A stretch of 64,000 nt of DNA, taken from assembly GCA_048013815.1 (NCBI GenBank), contig CM106585.1, forward strand, positions 20,150,001 through 20,214,000. The letters run 5' to 3'. Below the pieces are notes generated by a model. The model was not told where the DNA came from. It was given only the letters and a program-made list of their open reading frames with translations, and did no database searches. Origin of the DNA: Setoptus koraiensis. Taxonomy: Eukaryota; Animalia; Arthropoda. Positions 12,146-21,620 of this stretch are shown piece by piece (the first letter of the stretch is position 1; every line of letters begins with the position of its first letter). Both the position numbers and the translations under genes were made by a program.

Positions 12146-15100
12146 ATGAAGCTCAACAAAATTGTTAAAGTTTACTACATCGAACTTACTAGATCATTAT
12201 TGCTCTTAATGATGAACAACAGTAACAAATTTACAAATATGAAATTCTCTGATCTCATCAAACAATCAACAAATTATAGAATTAATATTAATGCCGAAAA
12301 CAAAAAGAAATCTAAATCAAGCAAAACATGCCAACAATACCGGCGTGCGTTCAAATCTAGAGAATCGCCCCTGGGCAAGATGCCACAACAAAATGCAATT
12401 AACACCACGAGAATTTTATCCTCTCCTTCTTCTTCTGAACAGCCGTCATTGTTAGTATCACCGCTTCACAATGAAGACAGTGCTAAAGTTTGTTGCTGTT
12501 TGGGCAAAGTGTTATGTTTTAGTTTTGTCATTATAATAATAATATTCATGAATCAGAATTTATTCCTAGGCGTCCAATGTCTCACTACGAATCAACAATT
12601 CTCACCAACCAACAACAATTATTCACATTTGTCCATCACATCGATGAGCAAACCTAAAGAGGAAATAGATGCAAAGAGTATCGCCAATTCAACTATACAG
12701 CCATCATCGATAAGTGGTGGTGGCAAAAGTAACAGAGCAGAGCCAGATAAATTTAGATTAGTGTATGGGTTCGGTCCCAGCAGCAGCAGTGTCATTTCTC
12801 TGACGGATATGAAATCGAGCCAATCAACACCGACCAGCAACAATCAGACAGAGCAATCACAAACGGCTGCACAAAAATACCTGGATAAACACAAGTTTGG
12901 AGTTAGATCACATCAAACGGCAAACAATGACACTATTGTTGGTAGTATTATCACAATTAATGATACTAATAGTATTGTCAGTAGTAGTGTGAGCAAGTTT
13001 CCGGTTCAATTCAAGCCAATGGATGGCACCAAAGAGGAGCCAATAAAAATAGAATCCAGACGCTTCTTTCAGTCGGTCTTGCCACCCGTTGGCGAGCGCA
13101 ATGATAATTTAGTGGCATCATCGTCCAACAATCATCATCATCATCACTGGCATCGTCACCATCGGGCAGCCAACAACAATCAGTGGTCACCACACAAATC
13201 ATCGAACGGATTTTCAAATCAGTATCGGTCTAACACAAAGAATCAAGACCAGCAAGACTTTTACAATAACAGCAATCGTAGCAATCAAAACAGCGATTAT
13301 TATCGTGGCCAGGATATGGACGCTACTAATTCGGACACACTGGCCATAGGTATCGTCATACCTACGCCTAGTCGTTTGCAACATCCGATAGTCACGTCAG
13401 TCATGAATGTGCCTCCATTGTCAAATAAACTTTTTAATCATGGTGCTCAAAATAATGTCAAATCGATGATGCGAGATTTACAGCAAGCGGCTACAAACAC
13501 TGATGATCGTAATAAAGGCAATAATAAAAATCATCATCACGACAAAACTAACTATAGTAAAAAGCATGTTGAGGGCGGCGGTGAGCATTCGGACGACGGC
13601 CAGACGGACAAGGAGGCACATGGAGAGCATGAGCACGGTCATGATAATGAAAAGTTTTGGAAAAAGAAAAACTACGGTCACGATCACGAAGAGGGCGCCG
13701 GAAATAAAGAGGCCAAAGATGGTGGTAAATGGTACAAGGATAAGGGTCACAAGAAACATGGCTGGAAGAATGTTTATCATAAGGAGGAGTATGCCAATCA
13801 TCAGAAGTATCATGATATTTGGCGCGATAAGGATTGGAAGAATAAGAAAGCTAACGAGAAGATCCATTATGATCATGAAAAAGGAAAAATTCATCAGAGT
13901 CAACAAAAGAAGCAATATTTTGACAAGGACAACCACGGCAGCAAGTATCACCATCAGAATGACAACAAATGGAAAGTTTACAACAAGGATGAGGCAGAAA
14001 AGGGTGACAAAAAGCTCGAGTCACTAACAAAATTGTCACAATTGGACAATGGTCACCATAATAACAACGGCAAAAATAACGATGATGATAATGAAGATGA
14101 CAACGACAAAACAAACTCTCCAATCACTAGCAGTAGCAATGAAGATCCAGGACAATTAGACGAAGACGAGTTAGTTATCGAGAAAATGGCCAAACAATTG
14201 AGTCCGTCGTCTTCAATGCCCACCAATGTTATGAGTAACATGCTGACAATAACTCAGCCTACATCGTCCACCTCTAATCTTGTCAATGTCAGACATAAGC
14301 CAGCAAGCTCATCAAGTGGTAACAGCAATCAAGTGCACAACAGCATTAATGATATTCTCAAGACAGTACAAGATGACAACAACAATTATTCAAAATCGAG
14401 TGACGATTCATCAACGGACGATGGCGACTCCCCGAATAGCGCCAAAGACAACGGCAATGCAGGCCAATCCAATGAAGAGGACAGCATAGAGAAGGTAATA
14501 CCTGTAGTGGCACCGTCAACGATGGATACTAACAATAATAATAGTAATAAGAGGCCAAAGCCATCGAGTAGTCCCCAAGCGTCAGTACCAGCACCTCTGG
14601 CAACAAATACTAACACAAACACCAGTACAAACAAGAGTGCCAATCAATCAGTGATTTCGTCAGAGAATAATCAAAACAAAAAGAAAAATGACGACAGCAA
14701 TATTAAATTGATTTCGGTGACTGCGGCTAGCAAACAGCAAACCAACAAACCAGATCAGCTCGTAATCAATACGCCTATGGTTGTTCAGAGCGGAAGTTCA
14801 GAATGGAATAATAAGAACAATTTGACAACAGCTACCTCGAATAATCATAAAAACAAAACAACAACAGGGACAAACCAACAACAGCAACAACAATTGCTTA
14901 ACAACAACCAACAGCGACCAACATTCATCAATCCCTGGCCCATTCACGTGGCCATAGGCAGCCCAATGTTGACTAGTCAACCAATGAGAGCCTATAGCGA
15001 CAACAACAATCACGTGGCAGCTAACAGTGCCAAGAAGCAACAAATCACAAATGGTAACGCGCTGCCGGCCAACTTTAATCATTTGTTACCCATTCAGAGG

Positions 15101-16369
15101 CCCATATTTGTGAAGCATCTTCAAATGAACAGCGAGATTATATTGGGCAAATTGCCGGGTGTGTCGGATAACTTTGAATCGACAAAACTTCGATCAACAG
15201 CTACCAGATTGGGGCTCCTAAATGGCATGCAGCCTACACATATTCAGCACCATTTGACTCGGTTGCCGCAGCACCAAATGAGTCACTCGATGCCGAGTCA
15301 TCATCAGACATTTTATCCGGCGTCAATATTTGATTTGACCCAACCAAATGTGCCAATCAGCCATCTACCATCGCCAGCGCAAGGAATGAAAGCCGAACAA
15401 TCGGGCCTAAATATTGCACCCGAGGCATACAATGGTGAATCGGAAATTTTCGAGTATTCGCCAAGTGTCTTCTCGCCCAATCAATTCATCACTGACTATG
15501 ATCCTAGTTTAGACGATGAAGAGAGCTCACCATCTATGGAACAACAGATGCACCACCAACAGCAACAGCAGCAGCATTCTCAACCTGTCCAATCGTCAAA
15601 TCAGAAGCATGCCATGAGATTCATGGATCCTGTTGGAATGATGTTATCTAAAGTGTCCATGCATCATCCCAACGGTCTCATGCAACATCGCCCATCGATG
15701 CTGTTGTCTAGCTCATCAATCAGACTGCCACGATATGCCAAGAAGCCAAATGCTACAAGTATATTTTCGCTTCATAGAGACAAGCAGGCAACGGCGGCCT
15801 CGACACCTATTGGTCACCAGCAGAGAGGCAGAACAAAGAAAACGCAACAAGATAGTAAGAAGTCGCACAAGGTAGAGGGCGAGGGTAAATCCAAACGGAA
15901 GAAGCGAATGAAAAGTTATATTGGCTTAGGCAAATCACAAAAGCAACAGAAACATCAACAGCAGCAGCTTATGCAACAACAGTTGGCGACATTGGGAGAT
16001 ATTGGTGACGACGAATCCATAGAGTCTATAGTGCATTTCGACTCGCAGTCAATGAAATCTCACCATTATCCGCCTGCTGATCCCATGCTAGACATGGCCT
16101 CATTTCAAAATCAGAAATTATTCACCAATAATCACCTCGAGCACAGTAATATGCTAGATCAGGGGCAACAAATAGCATTCGACGATGACAATATCAGCAA
16201 TAACAACAACCACGGCCAACAACAAGAGCTTATAACAACAGGCAAACAAACAAAGATATCGTTCTATCCAAACAGTAATGGTATGAAATCGTTCATAAAA
16301 GAGGCACCGTTCGGACAAAGATTGATCAATTCGGTTAAAGATTTTAAAAATAAATTCGTCTTACAATAA
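12146..16369 (+). CDS. 1407-aa low-complexity (Asn/Gln/His/Ser-rich) protein with DUF4779-like His/Lys-rich segment; probably secreted; true start may be downstream
   Basis: Single 4.2-kb ORF; DKGHKKHGWKNVYHKEEYANHQKYHD resembles the arthropod DUF4779 signature (GHKTKGFHNVYHKDEY); signal-peptide-like hydrophobic stretch at ~12509-12580. Confidence 0.8.
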   Translation: MKLNKIVKVYYIELTRSLLLLMMNNSNKFTNMKFSDLIKQSTNYRININAENKKKSKSSKTCQQYRRAFKSRESPLGKMPQQNAINTTRILSSPSSSEQPSLLVSPLHNEDSAKVCCCLGKVLCFSFVIIIIIFMNQNLFLGVQCLTTNQQFSPTNNNYSHLSITSMSKPKEEIDAKSIANSTIQPSSISGGGKSNRAEPDKFRLVYGFGPSSSSVISLTDMKSSQSTPTSNNQTEQSQTAAQKYLDKHKFGVRSHQTANNDTIVGSIITINDTNSIVSSSVSKFPVQFKPMDGTKEEPIKIESRRFFQSVLPPVGERNDNLVASSSNNHHHHHWHRHHRAANNNQWSPHKSSNGFSNQYRSNTKNQDQQDFYNNSNRSNQNSDYYRGQDMDATNSDTLAIGIVIPTPSRLQHPIVTSVMNVPPLSNKLFNHGAQNNVKSMMRDLQQAATNTDDRNKGNNKNHHHDKTNYSKKHVEGGGEHSDDGQTDKEAHGEHEHGHDNEKFWKKKNYGHDHEEGAGNKEAKDGGKWYKDKGHKKHGWKNVYHKEEYANHQKYHDIWRDKDWKNKKANEKIHYDHEKGKIHQSQQKKQYFDKDNHGSKYHHQNDNKWKVYNKDEAEKGDKKLESLTKLSQLDNGHHNNNGKNNDDDNEDDNDKTNSPITSSSNEDPGQLDEDELVIEKMAKQLSPSSSMPTNVMSNMLTITQPTSSTSNLVNVRHKPASSSSGNSNQVHNSINDILKTVQDDNNNYSKSSDDSSTDDGDSPNSAKDNGNAGQSNEEDSIEKVIPVVAPSTMDTNNNNSNKRPKPSSSPQASVPAPLATNTNTNTSTNKSANQSVISSENNQNKKKNDDSNIKLISVTAASKQQTNKPDQLVINTPMVVQSGSSEWNNKNNLTTATSNNHKNKTTTGTNQQQQQQLLNNNQQRPTFINPWPIHVAIGSPMLTSQPMRAYSDNNNHVAANSAKKQQITNGNALPANFNHLLPIQRPIFVKHLQMNSEIILGKLPGVSDNFESTKLRSTATRLGLLNGMQPTHIQHHLTRLPQHQMSHSMPSHHQTFYPASIFDLTQPNVPISHLPSPAQGMKAEQSGLNIAPEAYNGESEIFEYSPSVFSPNQFITDYDPSLDDEESSPSMEQQMHHQQQQQQHSQPVQSSNQKHAMRFMDPVGMMLSKVSMHHPNGLMQHRPSMLLSSSSIRLPRYAKKPNATSIFSLHRDKQATAASTPIGHQQRGRTKKTQQDSKKSHKVEGEGKSKRKKRMKSYIGLGKSQKQQKHQQQQLMQQQLATLGDIGDDESIESIVHFDSQSMKSHHYPPADPMLDMASFQNQKLFTNNHLEHSNMLDQGQQIAFDDDNISNNNNHGQQQELITTGKQTKISFYPNSNGMKSFIKEAPFGQRLINSVKDFKNKFVLQ

Positions 16370-17564
16370 CTGTCCTCATAACTTTACATTGTGGTCACTC
16401 TGATTTCGTATTCTTTTCCTTGCTTTCATCTTGATCGCCGTTGGTTTGAATGGACTCCATCGTTTTTTTAGCCATAGCAATGGCACCCGCTTTGCTTGAA
16501 GCACCTCCTGTGAAGCCTGTCGCGTGTACAAAAAGCGCGTCGGGTATGCCACATATTTTGCGCAACTCATCACCATCCAAGCCTCGCCATTCCTCTTTAA
16601 GGGGCAATCTGCTTTTGAATATCTTGCTAGCCTCCGGTACAGCCGTAACTCGCCACTTTTTTTGATCATGCGGACTGTTGAATATGACGAATTTGATTTG
16701 ACCCTGTATGGAAAGAATTTCCTCGACTTCAAATAGAGACGACCTCCACGTTAGCTCCTCTATGGCGGGGATCTCAACAATGGCTCCTGATTTGTCCAAC
16801 TTATGCCGTTTTTTAACATAGTGCATAAGTGCGTCCAACGAAGGCCACCATGAAGTGCAAAGCTCTTTGGCGCATTGTAGCAGCTCCTTGCCAACCACCG
16901 ACATGGCCGCGTTAAATTGTTTGAGTCGAACTGGCGGTGATTCATATTCTGGATTCAATCTTGCTATTCTGGATGATAAATCAGTATTGAGTTGATAGTT
17001 GTAGATAATGTCTTCACCTTCAACCGAATTAACGCCGTTGTCTATAGCATCTATTTCTTCCATCATTGAAGAGTAAAATTTTTCATAAACAACATCTAAC
17101 ATTCTCTGATTGAGGCTTCGATTTGAATGTTGACCATCAACTTGGTCGGAATGGTCGGTACTATTGAGGCTGCTATCTGAATGCTGACTATCAACTTTGT
17201 TGCAATGGTCGTTACTATTGAGTGTCACTTTGAGCACTTCTGCTAAGAATTGTCTACCGTAGTGCGCATAAATGAGTCCTGCTGAACTCAACTTAGTCGG
17301 TTTGTCGGGATTAGTGCACCGAACGTTTGGATGAAAGTCTTTTATAGTCAACTGAAAGGCGCGCTGATGATGGTCGAATCTTTTCTTTGTGCTATCGAAC
17401 ACACCTCCGACGTCCACAACAACATCGGCAGAATTTAACAGATTCTCATCTCGTGTCCTAACAATAGCATGATCCTTGAAAGTGGGCAATTGCTTTAGCA
17501 TAAAACAGGCCGCAACTTCATCACAATGAAACACTCCATCATGCGTGGCTATGTATTTGTTACC
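16079..17564. repeat. Right arm of MYG1-containing inverted duplication (partner 4688-6121)
   Basis: Reverse-complement alignment to 4688-6121; ~54 nt longer because of an internal tandem duplication. Confidence 0.93.
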
Positions 17565-17672
17565 ATGAGGTGGTGGTGCTGTAAATTTATCTATAGATGA
17601 CATATTCGCAAACTTCTGTTGTTGACTATGCAATGCGCTAGAAACTAATCTTATTGACAATCTAGTCAACAT
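16395..17672 (-). CDS. MYG1: MYG1 exonuclease copy B, 425 aa, with predicted mitochondrial presequence
   Basis: Same DHH motifs as copy A; N-terminal MLTRLSIRLVSSALHSQQQKFAN is Arg/Leu/Ser-rich without acidic residues. Confidence 0.95.
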   Translation of the reverse strand: MLTRLSIRLVSSALHSQQQKFANMSSIDKFTAPPPHGNKYIATHDGVFHCDEVAACFMLKQLPTFKDHAIVRTRDENLLNSADVVVDVGGVFDSTKKRFDHHQRAFQLTIKDFHPNVRCTNPDKPTKLSSAGLIYAHYGRQFLAEVLKVTLNSNDHCNKVDSQHSDSSLNSTDHSDQVDGQHSNRSLNQRMLDVVYEKFYSSMMEEIDAIDNGVNSVEGEDIIYNYQLNTDLSSRIARLNPEYESPPVRLKQFNAAMSVVGKELLQCAKELCTSWWPSLDALMHYVKKRHKLDKSGAIVEIPAIEELTWRSSLFEVEEILSIQGQIKFVIFNSPHDQKKWRVTAVPEASKIFKSRLPLKEEWRGLDGDELRKICGIPDALFVHATGFTGGASSKAGAIAMAKKTMESIQTNGDQDESKEKNTKSE

Positions 17673-18247
17673 CTCAGACGCAGATCACGCTGATGATGAT
17701 GATGATGATGAAGATAGCTAGTCTAGTGAACGTCTGGATCAGATAAACGAGCACCTGTAATTAGTTACTGTAATTAAGTACATGTACGGCGCTGCAACGC
17801 TCAAATGTAAATAAACATGAACTCAACGACTGCGCCAGCTGATTACTCGAATTTTCTCGATACGCATGTCAATCACGCCTAAAAATCGCGGGCAAATTTG
17901 TAAAACATCAACTGCGTCGATCTGATGTGCACATAATATTGGGGCCTCCAATAAGTAATGAGATTAAGGTATTTCTTGTTGCACGATTCCTTCGGAATAT
18001 CACCCGCGCAATCGCCTCTCTCACGATACATCGAATGCAATGGTGAAAAACTTGAGTGGAGCCAATTTGTTCGAATAAAATGTGCAGAATTGAAGATGTC
18101 GAGAGAATCTCATTACATACTGAACACTCTAATATATTTACAACATTACTACAATGTATATAAAAGAAGAGAGAGGTTTAGTTTTACTCTCCATGAACAA
18201 TTCAAAATCTCCTATTCTTTTTTTTTCCTCTCGTCAGGAGCAATCAA

Positions 18248-20341
18248 CTAGGGGCGATTATTCTTGTAGGCTCTGATTCGCGTTGGTGGCTTCAGTTGCT
18301 TCAATGCCTCCTCTACTTTTTGATTGATTTCAATTGCATTGCTAGAGAGAGGAGCACAAAATACACTGGCGGCGTTAGTATTATTATTGCCAGTTATACC
18401 GTCAGATATACGCGCCGCATTTGTATCATTATCGGAACAGTTGTTCGTATTGTCGATCAAATTATTTCGTGTGTACAAAGAATAAATGCTATCGTTAAAA
18501 GGCATTTTTCTTCCTCTCTTTCTGTTGGTGTTGGTTTTAGGTTCTCTAAAGTTGTCATGTTTTTGTTGTTGCATCCGATGCATATTGGCCAAAAATGAGC
18601 TAGTTGATGTTAAAAACTTGGAAAAAAAAGTTTTCGGCAGGTGGTGATTAAATTCGGATGGTTTTTGGGTAAAAATCGCTGAGTTATCTTCGCTAGTTGT
18701 GGCTGCTGTTTCATTCGTAGATGTGCCTACAGCAGGAAAAACTTCAAAACAGTACTCAAATATAATCTTCTCTGGGCGATTTAGAGCTATATATAGTTCA
18801 CCAATTGTAATCGTCGAATTGTCATCTTTACTTGTCCAGCCTGCGGCCAACTTTTTTGGATCAATCATATGGGCAATTGAGACTACTTTATCGTTGCAAC
18901 TATTGGATACAGTTGGTGTTGACGTTGCTGCTTGTGATGTTGTCACTGAAGATATTTTAGGTTTTTTAAGGGGTGACAACGCTAGTCTGTCTCTGGAATT
19001 TTCAACAGGCTCAAAATTGCTAAGCCATTCGGAGAGCAACATATTTGCCGGTGGCATAGGTAGATCACATACAGGTTGATTGAAAGAGTTGGTTGGTCCT
19101 TGATTCTCGGATAATGAGGAACGCGAGTGATTAGATACTTCACTCCGCACTTGATTCATGCGTGCATGACTGATATGAGACATGGCATTGGAAGAGTGTA
19201 AAGACCTATCTTGTGTATCTTCATAAGCAGTTCGTGAACTTTCGCACCCCTCCATGGAAGCCACCATAGTCTGGAAAACGTTGAGTTGCTTCTCAAGCGG
19301 CTCATCAGAGGTGCTACTACGCTCTAATAAAATAGAGGCATCGGGTGTATTGAGAGTGGAGGAGGATGACTGTTTGGGCGCAGTGGTGTCTGTATTCTTT
19401 GGTCTTGATTCGTACATCTTCTTTTTGAAAGCATTCAAACTGAGATCCAGATGATTGTCCTGCACAACCCTTGTGATAGCCACTGAATTCAATTCGTGCG
19501 ATGGCGATGGCTTCAGTCTGAGTACTCGCACTGAAGGCTGTTTGTTTTGCTCTTCGATTTTATCGTGAGTCTGTGGTGCCGTTGTAGAAGAATCGTTCCC
19601 CGTATGGGGCACCAAAGAACTATTTTGTACATCAGATGATTGGTTCTGGTCAGTATTGTTGCTAGTAGGTGTTGGTGCAATCTTCAACCATCTATTAACA
19701 CTTTTCGAAAGTTTATTCGAGGATACTTTCCATTTGTTCTCCAAAAGATCAATTACGGGCGATAAGCGTCTCTGTAGCGATAGCCTAGCTGCAACGCGAG
19801 GATTCTGCGATAGAGACATTACTCGTAGCCAGTCAACGGTTGTGGCAGGATGGAATTCCACTATGACATCCTTGGGTAACTCGCTGGATGTTAATACTTT
19901 TAAAAACTTATCGTTGTCCGTACCCAATTGATTGATCTTCTTGAGAGCCTTACATGAAGGAGTCCTCAATCTGACGTTTTTGTTTCTGAATCTATATGTA
20001 GTGTATCCAGTGTGCACCAGATCGTCTAACAATTTCTTAGTTCTCTCATCAAATTTGAAACCAAATTTTTTCCAGATCTCACCGTAATTGATTAATAAAT
20101 ACAGCTCCTGCGTTACTTTCTCTATATCATTGGGCAGATTTATTAGTTGTGACAGTTTACCACAGAGCCTATTGTAAAAATTTCTGATTTGATCCCTGTT
20201 CCGTATCTGATCTGCCTTCCTGCCACAACGTTGTGCCATATAGTGCTGCATATTCTGGAAATCTTTCCCATATTCACCGATTGCCTCAAAGAACCATTTG
20301 ATATCATCATGAGTCAATGCGCGTGGCTTGATTGATGTCAT
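18248..20341 (-). CDS. CRAMP1: Cramped-like SANT protein (~697 aa from ATG at 20341; frame open to ~20405)
   Basis: DIKWFFEAIGEYGKDFQ..RNRDQIRNFYNR matches the cramped SANT region; LRTPSCKALKK, ELLINYGE-like YLLINYGE, QNPRV and GWT..ITIGELYIALNRPEKIIFEY match further cramped blocks. Confidence 0.88.
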   Translation of the reverse strand: MTSIKPRALTHDDIKWFFEAIGEYGKDFQNMQHYMAQRCGRKADQIRNRDQIRNFYNRLCGKLSQLINLPNDIEKVTQELYLLINYGEIWKKFGFKFDERTKKLLDDLVHTGYTTYRFRNKNVRLRTPSCKALKKINQLGTDNDKFLKVLTSSELPKDVIVEFHPATTVDWLRVMSLSQNPRVAARLSLQRRLSPVIDLLENKWKVSSNKLSKSVNRWLKIAPTPTSNNTDQNQSSDVQNSSLVPHTGNDSSTTAPQTHDKIEEQNKQPSVRVLRLKPSPSHELNSVAITRVVQDNHLDLSLNAFKKKMYESRPKNTDTTAPKQSSSSTLNTPDASILLERSSTSDEPLEKQLNVFQTMVASMEGCESSRTAYEDTQDRSLHSSNAMSHISHARMNQVRSEVSNHSRSSLSENQGPTNSFNQPVCDLPMPPANMLLSEWLSNFEPVENSRDRLALSPLKKPKISSVTTSQAATSTPTVSNSCNDKVVSIAHMIDPKKLAAGWTSKDDNSTITIGELYIALNRPEKIIFEYCFEVFPAVGTSTNETAATTSEDNSAIFTQKPSEFNHHLPKTFFSKFLTSTSSFLANMHRMQQQKHDNFREPKTNTNRKRGRKMPFNDSIYSLYTRNNLIDNTNNCSDNDTNAARISDGITGNNNTNAASVFCAPLSSNAIEINQKVEEALKQLKPPTRIRAYKNNRP

Positions 20342-20771
20342 GGGTACTACTGGGTCGTACACCTGTATTGGTCTCGCTTCAATGTCTATATTTACATATA
20401 TCCTGATTATATAATATGTCTATTTTGATATGATCCTAACCTTGATGCAATGATCAGAGATGTTGTGTAAAAAAGAGTGAGAGAAATTTCATGTTCATGG
20501 TAAGCTGAGATCAATAATAACAGTAGTGATTGGTACATGTTCCCAAATGATGGATCCATAGATGGCGTAGAGCAGCGCGCAGTTTAAACTGTTTTCCAGA
20601 GGGAAAAGACTAGACAAAACCGATGGGTTGAGCTGACCAGAGGGTAGAATACTACGTTCTGAATTTATTATAATTTTATTTAACTCTACAGTTGATTTCG
20701 TCATCGATTCTTGTTCTCAAATAAAACGGGATCTGATCTACGAACCGCGCCATGAGCAATATCATATTATA

Positions 20772-21253
20772 ACGACTAATAACAGTTCGACCTTAAGGTA
20801 TAAATGTCTGAAACGTATAGCTATCTTCGGGTATTTTGGGGACATAAAGCTCACTAGCTTTCTTCTCTAAACTCAGAATTTTCTTATGTCTCTCTACGGC
20901 CATTGCAAACGTTCGATATTCCGTCCTCATCTTCCTGTGACACTCATCAAAGTCATTTTCAAAACCCTGGCATTTCCTTGCTCCTTTCACAACACCGTAA
21001 GCCTCGTAGCATTCATGAAGGTTAAGCTCCATGTCAGCACAAGGGTGAACAAGTCCCTCATCGAATAGAGATTTTGATTGTGAGTGAACAGGTAACGGTG
21101 TCAACTCTCTAAATACGGTCTTGACTGGCAGAACGTTGAGTGGAAAATTGGCCATTGTTGTTCTATCCTCCTCTTCAAGGGCGTGATGTTTTTATCCTTT
21201 CCGTGTGAGCGTGTGACCAAACATACAGTAAATATTGACTGTCCAGTGTATCC
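20772..21253. repeat. Left arm of 482-bp near-perfect inverted duplication (partner 25830-26311)
   Basis: Five mismatches found by eye (3 synonymous in CDS, 2 non-coding). Confidence 0.96.
20793..21155 (-). CDS. NDUFS5: NADH dehydrogenase Fe-S protein 5 (15-kDa subunit), copy A, 120 aa
   Basis: Twin CX9C: CADMELNLHEC-YEAYGVVKGARK-CQGFENDFDEC, resembling insect ND-15. Confidence 0.88.
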   Translation of the reverse strand: MANFPLNVLPVKTVFRELTPLPVHSQSKSLFDEGLVHPCADMELNLHECYEAYGVVKGARKCQGFENDFDECHRKMRTEYRTFAMAVERHKKILSLEKKASELYVPKIPEDSYTFQTFIP

Positions 21254-21620
21254 AATAAGATATTATAGGATGCTGGATAAAACTGTTGATAACTTCTTGT
21301 GTTTGCGAACGAGAGCTACATCTAACCCATAAAAATGGATTGATAACCACAAACAGTTAGTCACATAGACGCTCTCAGATTATGGGCAAATATAGGAGAC
21401 GTAGAATAGCGCGTTATTCGAACAGCATTCTCGGACTCCGAGACTCGGAGAGCAGGAAACAGCAACACAAATGGCTTAAAGATCCAACGTGGCCTGCTTA
21501 CAATTGTTAGAATCCAGTCGAGCTCATTTTGTCATCTGGCTTGGTAGTTAGTGAGGGACAGCAACCATTTTATGTATGCAATCTCTAGCAGAATCTCTTT
21601 GAGTTAAAATATTATCAATA

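Noticed and set aside
13478-14643. Hydrophobic antisense ORFs inside the 1407-aa gene
   Set aside because: Shadow frames of low-complexity codons on the real strand.
20495-20704. ORF as first coding exon of CRAMP1
   Set aside because: No frame-compatible splice path found and no cramped similarity.
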